IMG/VR virus record: IMGVR_UViG_3300032242_003075
Location: 25,883-89,882 of that record
Length of the DNA: 64,000 bases
Source of the DNA: a virus
Strand: one strand, 5' to 3'
The translations under genes and the position numbers were made by a program. The notes under the pieces were generated by a model. That model was not told the origin of the DNA, ran no database searches, and was given only the letters and a program-made list of their open reading frames with translations. Position 1 is the first letter of the stretch; each line of letters begins with the position of its first letter. Below, piece by piece: positions 7,838 through 18,265 of this stretch.

Positions 7838-10423
7838 ATGAAACACAGAATGATAGATAATGAATTATCTAAAAAAGACCCTTTGTCGAAAACCGTATAC
7901 ACCAGAGAAGAAGCTGAAATTGCTTCATTGGCTTACTTTAACGGAGACGAGCTAGCTGCAAACGTTTGGATAAACAAATACGCGTTAAAGGATTCATCCG
8001 GCAACCTTTATGAAAGTAATCCGGAGATGATGCATCATAGAATTGCATCTGAGCTTGCAAGAATTGAAAACAACTATAAAAATCCATTAAGCGAAGATTA
8101 CATTTTTTCCCTATTGGATAAGTTTAAGTACATCATTCCGCAAGGTTCTCCAATGTCCGGCATAGGTAATGATTTTCAAACAGTTTCTCTCTCTAACTGT
8201 TTCGTGATCGGAGTTAATGGGCCGTCCGATTCCTATGGAGCTATCATGAAAACTGATCAAGAACAGGTCCAGCTAATGAAACGCCGTGGCGGAGTAGGTC
8301 ATGATCTATCAGACATTCGCCCATCCGGTTCCACCGTTAATAATTCAGCCTTAACCTCAACCGGCATAGTTCCATTTATGGAACGCTACTCAAATTCAAC
8401 CCGTGAAGTAGCTCAAGGTGGTCGACGTGGAGCTCTAATGCTTTCATGTTCGGTTAGACACCCCGAAATTGAAGCTTTCGTTAACGCAAAATTGGACAGC
8501 ACCAAAGTTACCGGAGCTAACATTTCAATTAAGATCCATGATGATTTTATGAATGCTGTTAAGTCAGGTACTCAGTACACTCAAAAGTACCCAATTTGGT
8601 CAGAGACCCCAAGCATAACTCAACAAATAGACCCAAAATTTTTATGGGACAAGATCATTCATAATGCCTGGAAATCAGCTGAACCTGGAATTTTATACTG
8701 GGATCAGATTATCAGAGAATCGTTCGCTGATCGATACGCTGACTTAGGTTACAGAACTGTGTCGACAAATCCTTGTGGAGAACTTCCTTTGTGTCCTGAT
8801 GATTCTTGTAGGCTTTTAGCCGTTAACTTATTATCTTATGTCGTTAACCCTTTCACCAAGGATGCATATTTTGATTTTAATCTATTTAAAGAACACGCTC
8901 AAGTAGCTCTTCGCCTAATGGATGACATCATTGACCTTGAAATTGAAAAAATTAGTTCAATCATTAGTAAAATTCAAAGTGATCCTGAATCGGATGAGGT
9001 TAAACGAACCGAGCTTGAGTTATGGCAAAGAATTCAGGCCAAGTGTAAAGACGGCCGCCGAACTGGTGCAGGTATCACTGCCGAGGGAGACATGCTAGCC
9101 GCCTTAAATTTACGGTACGGTACTCCAGAAGCTACAGAATTCGCAGTTAAGGTTCATAAAACCTATGCATTAGAGGTATTTCGCTCATCTAATATTTTAG
9201 CAAGGGAACGAGGTGCATTTAAAATATGGGACCCAACTAGAGAAGAAGGTCATCCATTTTTAGCTAGAATTAAACAATGCGACGAATCTTTATACGAAGA
9301 TTTAATGAAATACGGTAGACGAAACATAGCTCTTCTAACCATTGCACCGACTGGTACAGTTTCATTAATGTCCCAAACCACATCAGGCATTGAACCAGCT
9401 TTCATGGTATCATATAAGCGCAGAAAGAAAATCAATCCAAACGATAAGAATTCTAAAACAGATTTCATCGATTCAGTTGGAGATCATTGGGAAGAGTATC
9501 ACGTATTTCATCATGGATTTAAAAAATGGATTATGGCAAAAGGTCATAAATTCATTCCTGCTGGGGAACCTGTACATCTTGACAAATTGTCTGACTCCAC
9601 CATTGAAATGCTCATCGAAAAATCTCCTTACTACAAAGCCATGGCTAACGACGTTGATTGGGTGGAAAAGGTTAGAATGCAAGGTAAAATACAGCAATGG
9701 GTGGATCATTCAATCTCAGTAACTGTTAACCTTCCCGAACATGTGACCGAGGAACTTGTTAATCAGGTGTACATGACCGCATGGGAAGAGGGCTGTAAGG
9801 GTTGCACAATATACCGTGATGGTTCCAGATCGGGAGTCTTGGTTTCCAAGGATGAAAAAAAGAAAAATGAACTTTTTAAAGATTCGCAAGCCCCAAAGAG
9901 ACCAATTGAGCTGGAATGTTCGGTTACTAAATTCATGAACAGCGGAGAACGTTGGGTCGGATTCATTGGTCTACTTAACGGAAAACCTTATGAAATTTTT
10001 ACCGGCAATCATGAGAATTTTCCCATACCAAATTATGTCGATACAGCAAAGATAGTTAGGTCTAAAAAGGACGGACAATCATCGTATGACGTTGTCTACA
10101 CTGATAAACTTGGTGAATCAATTAAAATTCCGAACTTAAATCATGCATTTGACGCTAAGTACCATGACATGGCAAAAACAATTTCAGCCGTGCTACGCCA
10201 CGGAATGCCATTACCATACGTCATCGAACTTTTAGATTCGTTGAATTTAGACGGTGATCTTATTACTACTTGGAAAGCCGGAGTTAAGCGAATGCTTAAA
10301 AAATTCGTTAAGGACGGAACGACTATTTCCGGTAAAACCTGTAAGACGTGTGGATCCGATTCTCTTGTTTACACCGAAGGTTGTTTAACTTGCAAGAACT
10401 GTGGAGATTCAAAGTGCGGATAA
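7838..10423 (+). CDS. nrdJ: Class II (adenosylcobalamin-dependent) ribonucleotide reductase
   Basis: SLSNCFV, RRGGVG, RRGALM, TNPCGE, TIAPTGT, YRDGSR motifs; C-terminal Cys cluster (CKTC...CLTCKNCGDSKCG); no small-subunit gene adjacent. Confidence 0.92.
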   Translation: MKHRMIDNELSKKDPLSKTVYTREEAEIASLAYFNGDELAANVWINKYALKDSSGNLYESNPEMMHHRIASELARIENNYKNPLSEDYIFSLLDKFKYIIPQGSPMSGIGNDFQTVSLSNCFVIGVNGPSDSYGAIMKTDQEQVQLMKRRGGVGHDLSDIRPSGSTVNNSALTSTGIVPFMERYSNSTREVAQGGRRGALMLSCSVRHPEIEAFVNAKLDSTKVTGANISIKIHDDFMNAVKSGTQYTQKYPIWSETPSITQQIDPKFLWDKIIHNAWKSAEPGILYWDQIIRESFADRYADLGYRTVSTNPCGELPLCPDDSCRLLAVNLLSYVVNPFTKDAYFDFNLFKEHAQVALRLMDDIIDLEIEKISSIISKIQSDPESDEVKRTELELWQRIQAKCKDGRRTGAGITAEGDMLAALNLRYGTPEATEFAVKVHKTYALEVFRSSNILARERGAFKIWDPTREEGHPFLARIKQCDESLYEDLMKYGRRNIALLTIAPTGTVSLMSQTTSGIEPAFMVSYKRRKKINPNDKNSKTDFIDSVGDHWEEYHVFHHGFKKWIMAKGHKFIPAGEPVHLDKLSDSTIEMLIEKSPYYKAMANDVDWVEKVRMQGKIQQWVDHSISVTVNLPEHVTEELVNQVYMTAWEEGCKGCTIYRDGSRSGVLVSKDEKKKNELFKDSQAPKRPIELECSVTKFMNSGERWVGFIGLLNGKPYEIFTGNHENFPIPNYVDTAKIVRSKKDGQSSYDVVYTDKLGESIKIPNLNHAFDAKYHDMAKTISAVLRHGMPLPYVIELLDSLNLDGDLITTWKAGVKRMLKKFVKDGTTISGKTCKTCGSDSLVYTEGCLTCKNCGDSKCG

Positions 10424-10468
10424 CTAAAGATACGACAGTCAAACAATAAAACTTTTGTTTTAGGATTA

Positions 10469-10491
10469 GGAGGCTCCGGCCTCCTTTTTTT
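10469..10491 (+). terminator. Rho-independent terminator after nrdJ
   Basis: ggaggc-tccg-gcctcc followed by T7. Confidence 0.85.
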
Positions 10492-10492
10492 G

Positions 10493-10500
10493 TATAAATA
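10493..10500 (+). promoter_or_regulatory. T4-type late promoter TATAAATA
   Basis: Exact T4 late consensus, 23 nt upstream of the ORF at 10524. Confidence 0.7.
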
Positions 10501-10523
10501 ACCGTAACCTTGATAATAAATAC

Positions 10524-11051
10524 ATGAAAATTCTAAAATTTGAAGAATATAGATTAGTCCTAGAGGCAGAGATTGACGCTACACCTGAACCTGTCGAGCC
10601 GTTACCTCAAACTTCCCCAACTCAACCTTCTCAGCCCAGCCCATCTCCTTTACCGGACTTCGGTGAACCATCAACCTTACCGCCAGATCCAAATGCACCC
10701 GTCGTTAATAATGCACCCGTTAACATTAAGCTGGTGATGTTGGACCCAGACCGTAAGTGGCATACGTCCTACACCGATGGAGGAGGAGTCAAACGTTATC
10801 CGGAGTATGAGATCGTGCCCGCTGACCTTGAAAAATGGATAACTGATTCAAACTTAACCGCTCAGCGAGATGCAATTATGCAAGCTATTCAGGGTAAAAA
10901 ATCTATGGACAAAGAGATTTTTACTAAGTTTAAGTCAGCCTTAGCCACCTCAAAGTTAGGTAAGAATCGAGGTGACCTTGACATTCAATACGATCCAAAT
11001 AAGGAACCGTCAACCACCAATCTTGACATTATTTTCGTTAAGCCAGTCTGA
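10524..11051 (+). CDS. Hypothetical protein, putative head-internal protein (Pro-rich linker)
   Basis: N-terminus MKILKFEEYRLVLE resembles the T4 capsid-targeting sequence; late promoter upstream. Confidence 0.6.
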   Translation: MKILKFEEYRLVLEAEIDATPEPVEPLPQTSPTQPSQPSPSPLPDFGEPSTLPPDPNAPVVNNAPVNIKLVMLDPDRKWHTSYTDGGGVKRYPEYEIVPADLEKWITDSNLTAQRDAIMQAIQGKKSMDKEIFTKFKSALATSKLGKNRGDLDIQYDPNKEPSTTNLDIIFVKPV

Positions 11052-11070
11052 TTTATTTTCCATTTTTTAA

Positions 11071-11097
11071 AAACCGAATGATGCAGTTTAGTAAAAG
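11071..11097 (+). promoter_or_regulatory. Putative early/middle promoter AAAC-N17-TAAAAG
   Basis: Recurrent bipartite motif. Confidence 0.5.
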
Positions 11098-11123
11098 ATT
11101 TTAACTAAAAAATCATTTGAACA

Positions 11124-12164
11124 ATGGAAGATCTATTTAACCTTAATCTAGACGATTTCTCCGGTAAATCGCAAAGCACTGCACGTAAAATTGACGAAAA
11201 CATGTACAACCCCGGGCCGGACCAAGGACAAAATGGAATTTACAAATCTATAGTCCGTTTCATTCCGTGGGCACAAGACACTTCAAAAAGTCGTTACAAA
11301 AAGTACGCGGCTAAGCTAACTAATCCTTTAACCAACGAAAGACTGTACGTTGATTGTCCTTCAACCACAGGATCATCATCGATTTTATGGTCCCTTGACC
11401 TTGAATTAAAAAGGTTATCAACTGAGGAACCTGCAATAGTTGAAGAAATCAAAAAATACTTTAACAGGTACTACAACTACTACTCTTGCGTTTACATCAA
11501 AAAGGACCCACAATTTCCTAATTTAGAGGGACAAATCAAAGTGTACTCGTATGGATACACAATTGATAATTTAATCCAACAGGAGATCAATCCTGAATCG
11601 GAGCTTGTCGTAACTCAAAAGATAAATCCGTTCTCTCTTACTGAGGGTAAGGATTTCGTATTAGTCATTAAACGTAAGACTAAATCATGGAGAGATTTTA
11701 GCTCAAGTAAATTCATGAACGAGGTTAGTCCACTAATCATTTCAACTCAAGGTAAAGAAATAGCTGCTTCAACCGAACCTAAGGTAATGGGATTCATCGG
11801 CGACTACCTTAAAAAGAATTCTCCTGATATGAGCCCGTACTTCTTTAAGGAATGGACAGATCACGAATACGAAAAGGTTGCGGATTACATTAAAGCGATC
11901 ATACCTTACAAACAGATCATCGATAACCTAGTTTCAACGACCAAGGATGAACGTATGAAGAAACATTTTACTAACACTAAATCGATTTCTCGTACCGAAG
12001 CCCCAATGGGAGAAGCTATGGAATTCTCTGCAGCTCCGACCAAAAGTTCAAGCGTTTCGGTTAGCTTAGATGATTTAGACATTGCTGAACCTAAGTCATC
12101 ATCAGTTAAACCTAGCTCACCCGCTAAGTATGCTGAGGTAGATGATCTTTTTGCAGATTTATAA
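11124..12164 (+). CDS. Single-stranded DNA-binding protein, T4 gp32-like
   Basis: IVRFIPW, CPST, YIKKDPQFPNLEGQIKVY.YG, PF.L.EGKDF.L, D.SSSKF; acidic tail DDLFADL. Confidence 0.85.
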   Translation: MEDLFNLNLDDFSGKSQSTARKIDENMYNPGPDQGQNGIYKSIVRFIPWAQDTSKSRYKKYAAKLTNPLTNERLYVDCPSTTGSSSILWSLDLELKRLSTEEPAIVEEIKKYFNRYYNYYSCVYIKKDPQFPNLEGQIKVYSYGYTIDNLIQQEINPESELVVTQKINPFSLTEGKDFVLVIKRKTKSWRDFSSSKFMNEVSPLIISTQGKEIAASTEPKVMGFIGDYLKKNSPDMSPYFFKEWTDHEYEKVADYIKAIIPYKQIIDNLVSTTKDERMKKHFTNTKSISRTEAPMGEAMEFSAAPTKSSSVSVSLDDLDIAEPKSSSVKPSSPAKYAEVDDLFADL

Positions 12165-12180
12165 AAATACCTAACCTAAT

Positions 12181-12453
12181 ATGTCTGATCAAATCAACAC
12201 AACTGAACCTACAGCTGAGTCTGCTCCAATAGCAACTCTACTTTCCTCAATTAGTTACTCAAATCTAACAGACTACGAGAATTTTCTAGCTAATTTAACA
12301 ACCGAGCATGCAGTCCTAGTTTTAATTTCTGCAGCTAATCACAGTCAATCTAAGGGTATATTTAACCTTGACGAAGCTGAACTCATAGCTAAAGCCATTA
12401 AAAGACTTAGCTCAAAACCGGATGACCAATCACCACAAGAACCAACCAATTAA
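12181..12453 (+). CDS. Hypothetical protein
   Basis: ORF in the replication operon. Confidence 0.6.
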   Translation: MSDQINTTEPTAESAPIATLLSSISYSNLTDYENFLANLTTEHAVLVLISAANHSQSKGIFNLDEAELIAKAIKRLSSKPDDQSPQEPTN

Positions 12454-12463
12454 CTAAAAATAA

Positions 12464-13573
12464 ATGAACTTAATCATCGATGGAAATGCATTTTTAAATG
12501 TAGCTGTAAGTATCGTCAAAAACATTCTTCTAAATGATAAACGAGTTGGTGAAAAGTACTACGTGTCCGACATTCTAGAAGATGATAAGTTCATGTTAAA
12601 ACAGGCTAGCAAAGATGCGTTCAGAAGTTTTTCAATAAATTATTTTGGAAGCATTCTTGCGCCCTTTAAGGATAATATCAGCTCAGTCTTTTTCGTATTT
12701 GACTCTAAGAGTTGGAGAAAGAAATACATTAAAGAGCATTTTGAAGCACATGGTGAAGGAGACTTTAGTTACAAGGGACAGCGTAAGTACGATGATAAAA
12801 TCTATCTCTTTTTCGAGTACTTTCAAAATGAGATACTAAACGGCATAGCTGAAGAATACGGAGTAGTCGTTAACCGAGTGCCTGGAGCTGAGGGAGACGA
12901 TCTAATTGCTTACATTTGTGAAAATCTAAATGAAGACATTTGCATTTGGTCAGTTGATAAGGATCTTACTCAATTGCTAGAAAGCGATAAACGTAAGATC
13001 ATCTTAATCATGCCAAAGCAGATGACCAAGTACAAAAAGATCTATACAACTGAAGATTTTGATATGACAGAAACATCAAACGTTGATCTATTTAACTTTG
13101 ATATTTCAATGATCGATAATTCCGCTGTTACTACCATCGTACATGATTTAACCCAAAAGGATTATAAGCATTTCACAGTTGATCCAACCCTTGACGTTGT
13201 GACAAAATTCTTAGCCGGTGATGATTCGGATAATATCCCAAGAATTCATCCAAAGATGACAGCTTCTAAAGTTGCTAGAGTAATCGAGCAAGTTAAGAAT
13301 TCCAACGATTGGAAATCAATACTTTCTAGAATTGACTCAGGTGATTCTAAGTTCATTGATCAATTACGTGATATAACATGTGAAATTCTAAAAATAAAGG
13401 AACCTGGTGAATCTCAAACGATCCAGAATAACCTTAACCGCAATCGAACGCTAGTTAGACTAAATACAAAGGTTTTTCCTTCAGAAATTAGGGAATCTTT
13501 AATCGCAAACGTTGATCTAACTGTTCGAAGAAAGTTTAACTACTCTAAATTTAAAAAAAATTACAAACACTAA
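12464..13573 (+). CDS. rnh: T4 RNase H-like 5'-3' exonuclease/flap nuclease
   Basis: IIDGN, FD.KSWRK, YKGQRK, EGDD, SVDKDL.QL and GDDSDNIP motifs. Confidence 0.88.
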   Translation: MNLIIDGNAFLNVAVSIVKNILLNDKRVGEKYYVSDILEDDKFMLKQASKDAFRSFSINYFGSILAPFKDNISSVFFVFDSKSWRKKYIKEHFEAHGEGDFSYKGQRKYDDKIYLFFEYFQNEILNGIAEEYGVVVNRVPGAEGDDLIAYICENLNEDICIWSVDKDLTQLLESDKRKIILIMPKQMTKYKKIYTTEDFDMTETSNVDLFNFDISMIDNSAVTTIVHDLTQKDYKHFTVDPTLDVVTKFLAGDDSDNIPRIHPKMTASKVARVIEQVKNSNDWKSILSRIDSGDSKFIDQLRDITCEILKIKEPGESQTIQNNLNRNRTLVRLNTKVFPSEIRESLIANVDLTVRRKFNYSKFKKNYKH

Positions 13574-13905
13574 TGAGCACCGAAATACAAACCGGCTTTT
13601 TGCCACTATTCGAAAGAGTCCTAGTTCTACCGGATTCAGTTGAGACTAAAACTGAGACAGGAATCATTTTGCCGCCTGAGGCTCGAAAGAGACCTAACAC
13701 CGGGACCGTAATTTCACTAGGTCATTTGGTTGCAACTAATTCAGGTTGCCCAGTAAAGGAAGGCAATCGCGTCCTCTATCAAAGATACTCCGGACTGGAC
13801 GTTAAATGGGACAATAAAGATTATCATTTAATAATGGCTAACGATCTATTAGCAATTATTGATAAGGATCAAGAAACAACACTTGAGCTAAAGGAAAATG
13901 TTTAA
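13573..13905 (+). CDS. groES: Co-chaperonin GroES
   Basis: PLFERVLV, mobile loop KTETGIILP, G.V...G, V..G.RVLY.RYSG. Confidence 0.92.
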   Translation: MSTEIQTGFLPLFERVLVLPDSVETKTETGIILPPEARKRPNTGTVISLGHLVATNSGCPVKEGNRVLYQRYSGLDVKWDNKDYHLIMANDLLAIIDKDQETTLELKENV

Positions 13906-14503
13906 AAAGTTCGATCAGTTTCTTCTTGAAAGAAGGGGCGGAGATTTTAGAATATTTTGCGATCTAGACGGAGTCTTGGTCGATTTCATAAGAGGTTTTA
14001 AGGAAATCCCAGCCAATTCTAAGAGTCAATCACCCGCTGATTACGAAAAGGCTCACGGTAAGGGCTCAATATGGCCAATGATAAATGCTCTTGGAGAAAG
14101 CTTTTGGGCTAACCTTGACTGGACTGAGGATGGCCGTGAATTATGGGACTATTTGAAACAATACGATCCGATAATTCTATCGTCACCAAGTAGGCATCCT
14201 GGATGTTTAACTGGTAAAGCTAAGTGGGTTCACCGTAATCTAGGAATTGATCAGGACCCTGTGCTTAATCCAACCGATTTCACTAAGGATACTAGACTAA
14301 TTCTATCTAATCATAAACACGATTACGTTGAACCTTGTAAAAACCTGTTGGGTAAACAACCTATCCTAATAGACGATTTTGATAAGAAATTGAAGATGTG
14401 GACAGATTCAGGTGGAATCGGCGTCCTACATAACGATTCAACTGACACAATTAGGGTAGTTGAGGATATTATGAGAGAGTCCAAGAGACCTGATTTCAAT
14501 TAA
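13898..14503 (+). CDS. HAD-family 5'(3')-deoxyribonucleotidase
   Basis: DLDGVLVDF motif I, ILSSP, K..W, ILIDD; N-terminal MFKKFDQFLLE leader. Confidence 0.8.
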   Translation: MFKKFDQFLLERRGGDFRIFCDLDGVLVDFIRGFKEIPANSKSQSPADYEKAHGKGSIWPMINALGESFWANLDWTEDGRELWDYLKQYDPIILSSPSRHPGCLTGKAKWVHRNLGIDQDPVLNPTDFTKDTRLILSNHKHDYVEPCKNLLGKQPILIDDFDKKLKMWTDSGGIGVLHNDSTDTIRVVEDIMRESKRPDFN

Positions 14504-14550
14504 AAAAAAGGTTCTCGGACCTAAACTAAGTGGTAGCCTTTAAAACTGGC

Positions 14551-14580
14551 AAAAAAAAGGACTCTATAGAGTCCTTTTTT
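14551..14580. terminator. Bidirectional terminator between convergent genes
   Basis: A8-ggactc-tata-gagtcc-T6. Confidence 0.85.
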
Positions 14581-14601
14581 GTTTTAATATGTCCATTATA
14601 A

Positions 14602-17600
14602 TTAGAACGATGGTGTAAAACCTGTTGATTGAGACGAAAGTTGACCGTTTGCTCTTGTGATTGTGATACGGTTGATGAACTTTTGAATTCCTCTTGGGAA
14701 GTTAACAATTATATCAACCACACCAGCATTATTTTCAAGAACAGTTACTCCGTTATTTGAATCGTCAAATACAATATCGAACGTTGTGATACCGTTAGCA
14801 TCTTGAACTGCAGTTAAGTAATTCTTGATAAGAGTCTTAACTCTTAACCTAGTGGTAGGATCGTTAAACTCAAAAAGATAGTTTAATAAGATTCGTTCAA
14901 CGTCCCTTTCGATTGTAACCAGGGCTTCTCTAACGTGAATGTTGTTAAGGGCTGACTTAACCGTTTGATAACCTGTGTTGTTTGAGAATATCATAACTCC
15001 AAAACCTCTACGCCTAACGATTAAGTTAAAACCTGCAGGTTCCAAGAAATCTCTATCATCATTGGTTAAATCATATTCAACACCAGTAATTTCAGGTTCG
15101 GTGATAATTCCCCTTTTACCTGCAACAATTGAGAAAGTATTTCCATTTGAGTACTTTTTCATGTACGTATTAGCAACATAAGTGGCTGGCGGAATTGACT
15201 TGTTTTTTCCGTTTTCATAAATGATTAAGTTTGGCATGAAGTATCCAGCATAGGTTGAAATCGGAATTCCATTCTTATCTCCGCTAGCGAATCCGAAAGT
15301 AAAGCTTGGATTTGAAAGCAAGTTACCTCCGGTTGAAATGTATTCAGTTGACACCAAGTTAGTATTAATATCAATGAATCCTGGGTCGCTTGACCTTTCG
15401 TACTGGGCAAATGATGGAGAGTTTAGAATGGCAAAGGCTTTTCCATGATCCGCCGCTAGTTGCACTAAGTACTGCTTAGACGCGTGTGATATTTGACCCT
15501 CATACGAATCAATTATGTATCTGAAATCTAATGTTTCGTTATCCGCTACTGTTGCTGCAATGTTCGTATTATCGTACATGTAGCTTAGAATATCGTCCTG
15601 TCTTTGAGACGTTCCGTTAGGGTACATTGCAGTTTCATCAACGATCATAGCTGGAACGTAAAATCCGTGCAAGTTAGTCACGAAATTCTTAATTCCTTTG
15701 TAGCACGTTAGCTTACTGTCAGTAAGATCAATTCCTCTAATGTTTGAATCCGTGTAACCGTCAACCTTGATCGTATATTGTAAAGTTGTTGCAGGTAAAC
15801 TGTCCGGACCAATTGATGGAACTGATACTTTCACAGCAGAAATTGATTTAATCTTTAAGAACCTCTCTCTAATTACCGGATCACCATTAAGGTCAGTCGT
15901 TATTTTAGCTTTAACGTATTGACCGGTTTTAAAGAAGTTATCAATATCGGCTCTGCTGTCTGAGTTATAAGTGAAACCTGGATTAGGTCTTTCCTTTTTA
16001 GCTGGATTACCGTATAGCGTTGGATCCAGCGTAACCACTAATTGGTTTGGCGAGGAATATTTAAAGTTGTAAGGTGAGCTAGTTATGAATCTAGTAGAAT
16101 CAGTTAAATCGAATTCATACTTAAAAAGATTTTCAGTTGCTTGAATGATGTGTAAATAGTGGAATCCACCATCTGTTGTGTAGTAAGCGTCTGCTTGGTT
16201 AGTGAATGTTGCATCGCTATAGACAAAGAATTCAATGTACTTAATTTGACCAGTAGACTGAATATTCACTACTCCATTAGTCGATATGTACTTATTGACT
16301 TGAGCAGAAGAGACTGGATCAATCCAATTAATCTTGTCTCCAGTTTTTACGAAACCTGAGGCCCATGCCGAGTACAACTTACTTCCGTATGTTGCAACAA
16401 TGTACTTATTACCTCCACCGTTAACAATGTAGGTCTCACCATTAGCGTATGTTGAACTATAACTAGTAGAAGTTAGCTTAAAGTAATAATCAGAAGCAAT
16501 GGGCTTTCTGTGACTTAATACGTCAATTAGAGCGACCGCGTTCTGTAGTGAAGTACCATCATCAACTCCATAAGTAGCTAAGTCCATTTCATCAACTCCA
16601 TAACCTACTAGATCAAGTCGTTGTTCTGATACTGGCTCAGTCGATGTACCGCTTGCGAATGTTGCATTAGTTAAGTCAATCATGTCGATCTTTTTATGAT
16701 CTAATGATAAGAAAAGACCACTTTGACTAAATGATCTATTGAATAAAGTATCGATTGATGCAACAGCTCCAGTTAAATCCGTGAAGTCTGGTATAATCGA
16801 TCCGATTGTTCGGTTAACCAAAGTTACTTCTCTCAGAGACGTAAAATTAGTTAATTGACCTAATTTTAAGCCGGTCTCGTCAAAATACTGGCGATATACT
16901 GGATCTTTTGCTAATCTTCTGTAATCTGTCCAATTTCCTTCAACTGCAATGACCTCAATGAAATAGTCGGCCATGTAGTCATCCGGGTGTAAGTATTCCG
17001 GTATTTCAACCTTTTCTCCAAGTAACTTGTAGTAATCCTTAACCGTAATGTCATAACCGTTTGTGTCAGCGATTCTTGCCCATACCGTAACTTGTTTCTT
17101 TGATAAGTTAACTAAACTAATCAATTTATTTGAATCACGAGTTACTGTTCCGGAAGCCGGAAACGTATCTCCAAGTTTAAGATTTTTGTACTTACTTAAT
17201 TGATCAGCATCAGCAAACCATAACTTTTGAGTGTTATAAAAGTGAGAAATGCTATCGTGGTAAGCAGAAGAGGTCCAAGTAGCATTATTTGACGCTGATT
17301 CTGTGTTAAACGTTGTGAAGTATGCAATGTCAGTATCTGTCACCGGCAAGATATTCAGTGCGTATACTGGGCCTTGTCTTAGAGCTACATCAATCGTTCT
17401 GTGAAAGTAGCTTCCGTTCTTTTCAAGCTTAGTATCAATTTCTCCATACACCGCTGATAAGGCCTTAGTATCATTGATGACCACGACTGAGTTAATTGGT
17501 CCTTTTTTGCTAGAGCCAATTACCAACCGACCAGTTGAGTTAGGGAGGCTAAGGTTTATGCTCTCATCTATTTCAACTGTGTAGACACCGCTTGACTTGT

Positions 17601-17628
17601 ATCTATTCAGATTTAATTTTTCTGCCAT
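14602..17628 (-). CDS. Contractile tail sheath protein (gp18-like)
   Basis: SSGVYTVEID, G.SKKGP.N, C-terminal AG..RG, D.L...G.N.I, SAL..IHVRE, FEFND..TR. Confidence 0.92.
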   Translation of the reverse strand: MAEKLNLNRYKSSGVYTVEIDESINLSLPNSTGRLVIGSSKKGPINSVVVINDTKALSAVYGEIDTKLEKNGSYFHRTIDVALRQGPVYALNILPVTDTDIAYFTTFNTESASNNATWTSSAYHDSISHFYNTQKLWFADADQLSKYKNLKLGDTFPASGTVTRDSNKLISLVNLSKKQVTVWARIADTNGYDITVKDYYKLLGEKVEIPEYLHPDDYMADYFIEVIAVEGNWTDYRRLAKDPVYRQYFDETGLKLGQLTNFTSLREVTLVNRTIGSIIPDFTDLTGAVASIDTLFNRSFSQSGLFLSLDHKKIDMIDLTNATFASGTSTEPVSEQRLDLVGYGVDEMDLATYGVDDGTSLQNAVALIDVLSHRKPIASDYYFKLTSTSYSSTYANGETYIVNGGGNKYIVATYGSKLYSAWASGFVKTGDKINWIDPVSSAQVNKYISTNGVVNIQSTGQIKYIEFFVYSDATFTNQADAYYTTDGGFHYLHIIQATENLFKYEFDLTDSTRFITSSPYNFKYSSPNQLVVTLDPTLYGNPAKKERPNPGFTYNSDSRADIDNFFKTGQYVKAKITTDLNGDPVIRERFLKIKSISAVKVSVPSIGPDSLPATTLQYTIKVDGYTDSNIRGIDLTDSKLTCYKGIKNFVTNLHGFYVPAMIVDETAMYPNGTSQRQDDILSYMYDNTNIAATVADNETLDFRYIIDSYEGQISHASKQYLVQLAADHGKAFAILNSPSFAQYERSSDPGFIDINTNLVSTEYISTGGNLLSNPSFTFGFASGDKNGIPISTYAGYFMPNLIIYENGKNKSIPPATYVANTYMKKYSNGNTFSIVAGKRGIITEPEITGVEYDLTNDDRDFLEPAGFNLIVRRRGFGVMIFSNNTGYQTVKSALNNIHVREALVTIERDVERILLNYLFEFNDPTTRLRVKTLIKNYLTAVQDANGITTFDIVFDDSNNGVTVLENNAGVVDIIVNFPRGIQKFINRITITRANGQLSSQSTGFTPSF

Positions 17629-17650
17629 CGAGTTTGCTTATTATTTTGAG

Positions 17651-17663
17651 TTATTTATTTATC
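17651..17663 (-). promoter_or_regulatory. Late promoter GATAAATAAATAA
   Basis: ATAAATA core about 25 nt upstream of the sheath ATG. Confidence 0.65.
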
Positions 17664-17743
17664 AACTTAGCTCCAAAAAAGTGATTTTTGTATATGCTAA
17701 GTTAACCGTTAATGTTATTTATTAGCACGAGACTCCTTAACTT

Positions 17744-17771
17744 AAACCCTTTTCTATTTTCCAGGTAAAAG
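17744..17771 (+). promoter_or_regulatory. Putative early/middle promoter AAAC-N18-TAAAAG
   Basis: Recurrent bipartite motif upstream of dUTPase. Confidence 0.5.
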
Positions 17772-17803
17772 AATGAGACTACTCATATAACATAAGCAAC
17801 TTA

Positions 17804-18241
17804 ATGAAAATTTCAAGAATCAGGGACGTTAAGATCCCAACTAGAGGAACTGAAAGATCAGCCGGCATAGATTTCTACGTGCCTAATGATTACCCAACCA
17901 CAATAATCGCTCCAGGTAAATCAGTTTTAATTCCGACTGGCATCAAGGCCCAAATCCCTTCTGGGTACATGTTAACCGCCTTTAATAAGTCAGGCGTTGC
18001 TTTAAAACAGTGCCTAATAAAGGGAGCGGAAGTATGTGATGAAGATTATCAGGGAGAAATTCACATACACGTCATTAACGTGGGTCAAGGTCACCAAACC
18101 ATAACTCCTGGCCAAAAGTTAATTCAATTCATCCTAGTTCCGGTCTTTTACGATACTGTGGAGGAAGTTGACATCTCTGATCTATACCCTGAGGTTAGCG
18201 AGCGTGGAGAGGGCGGATTCGGTTCAACTGGCACCAACTAA
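17804..18241 (+). CDS. dut: Trimeric dUTPase
   Basis: SAGIDF, KSG, DEDYQGEI, KLIQ and RGEGGFGSTG motifs. Confidence 0.95.
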   Translation: MKISRIRDVKIPTRGTERSAGIDFYVPNDYPTTIIAPGKSVLIPTGIKAQIPSGYMLTAFNKSGVALKQCLIKGAEVCDEDYQGEIHIHVINVGQGHQTITPGQKLIQFILVPVFYDTVEEVDISDLYPEVSERGEGGFGSTGTN

Positions 18242-18265
18242 TAATAACTCACATAGAACAAATAC

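Noticed and set aside
14504-14550. Small RNA between the nucleotidase and sheath terminators
   Set aside because: Only about 45 nt with a weak hairpin; no supportable structure or promoter
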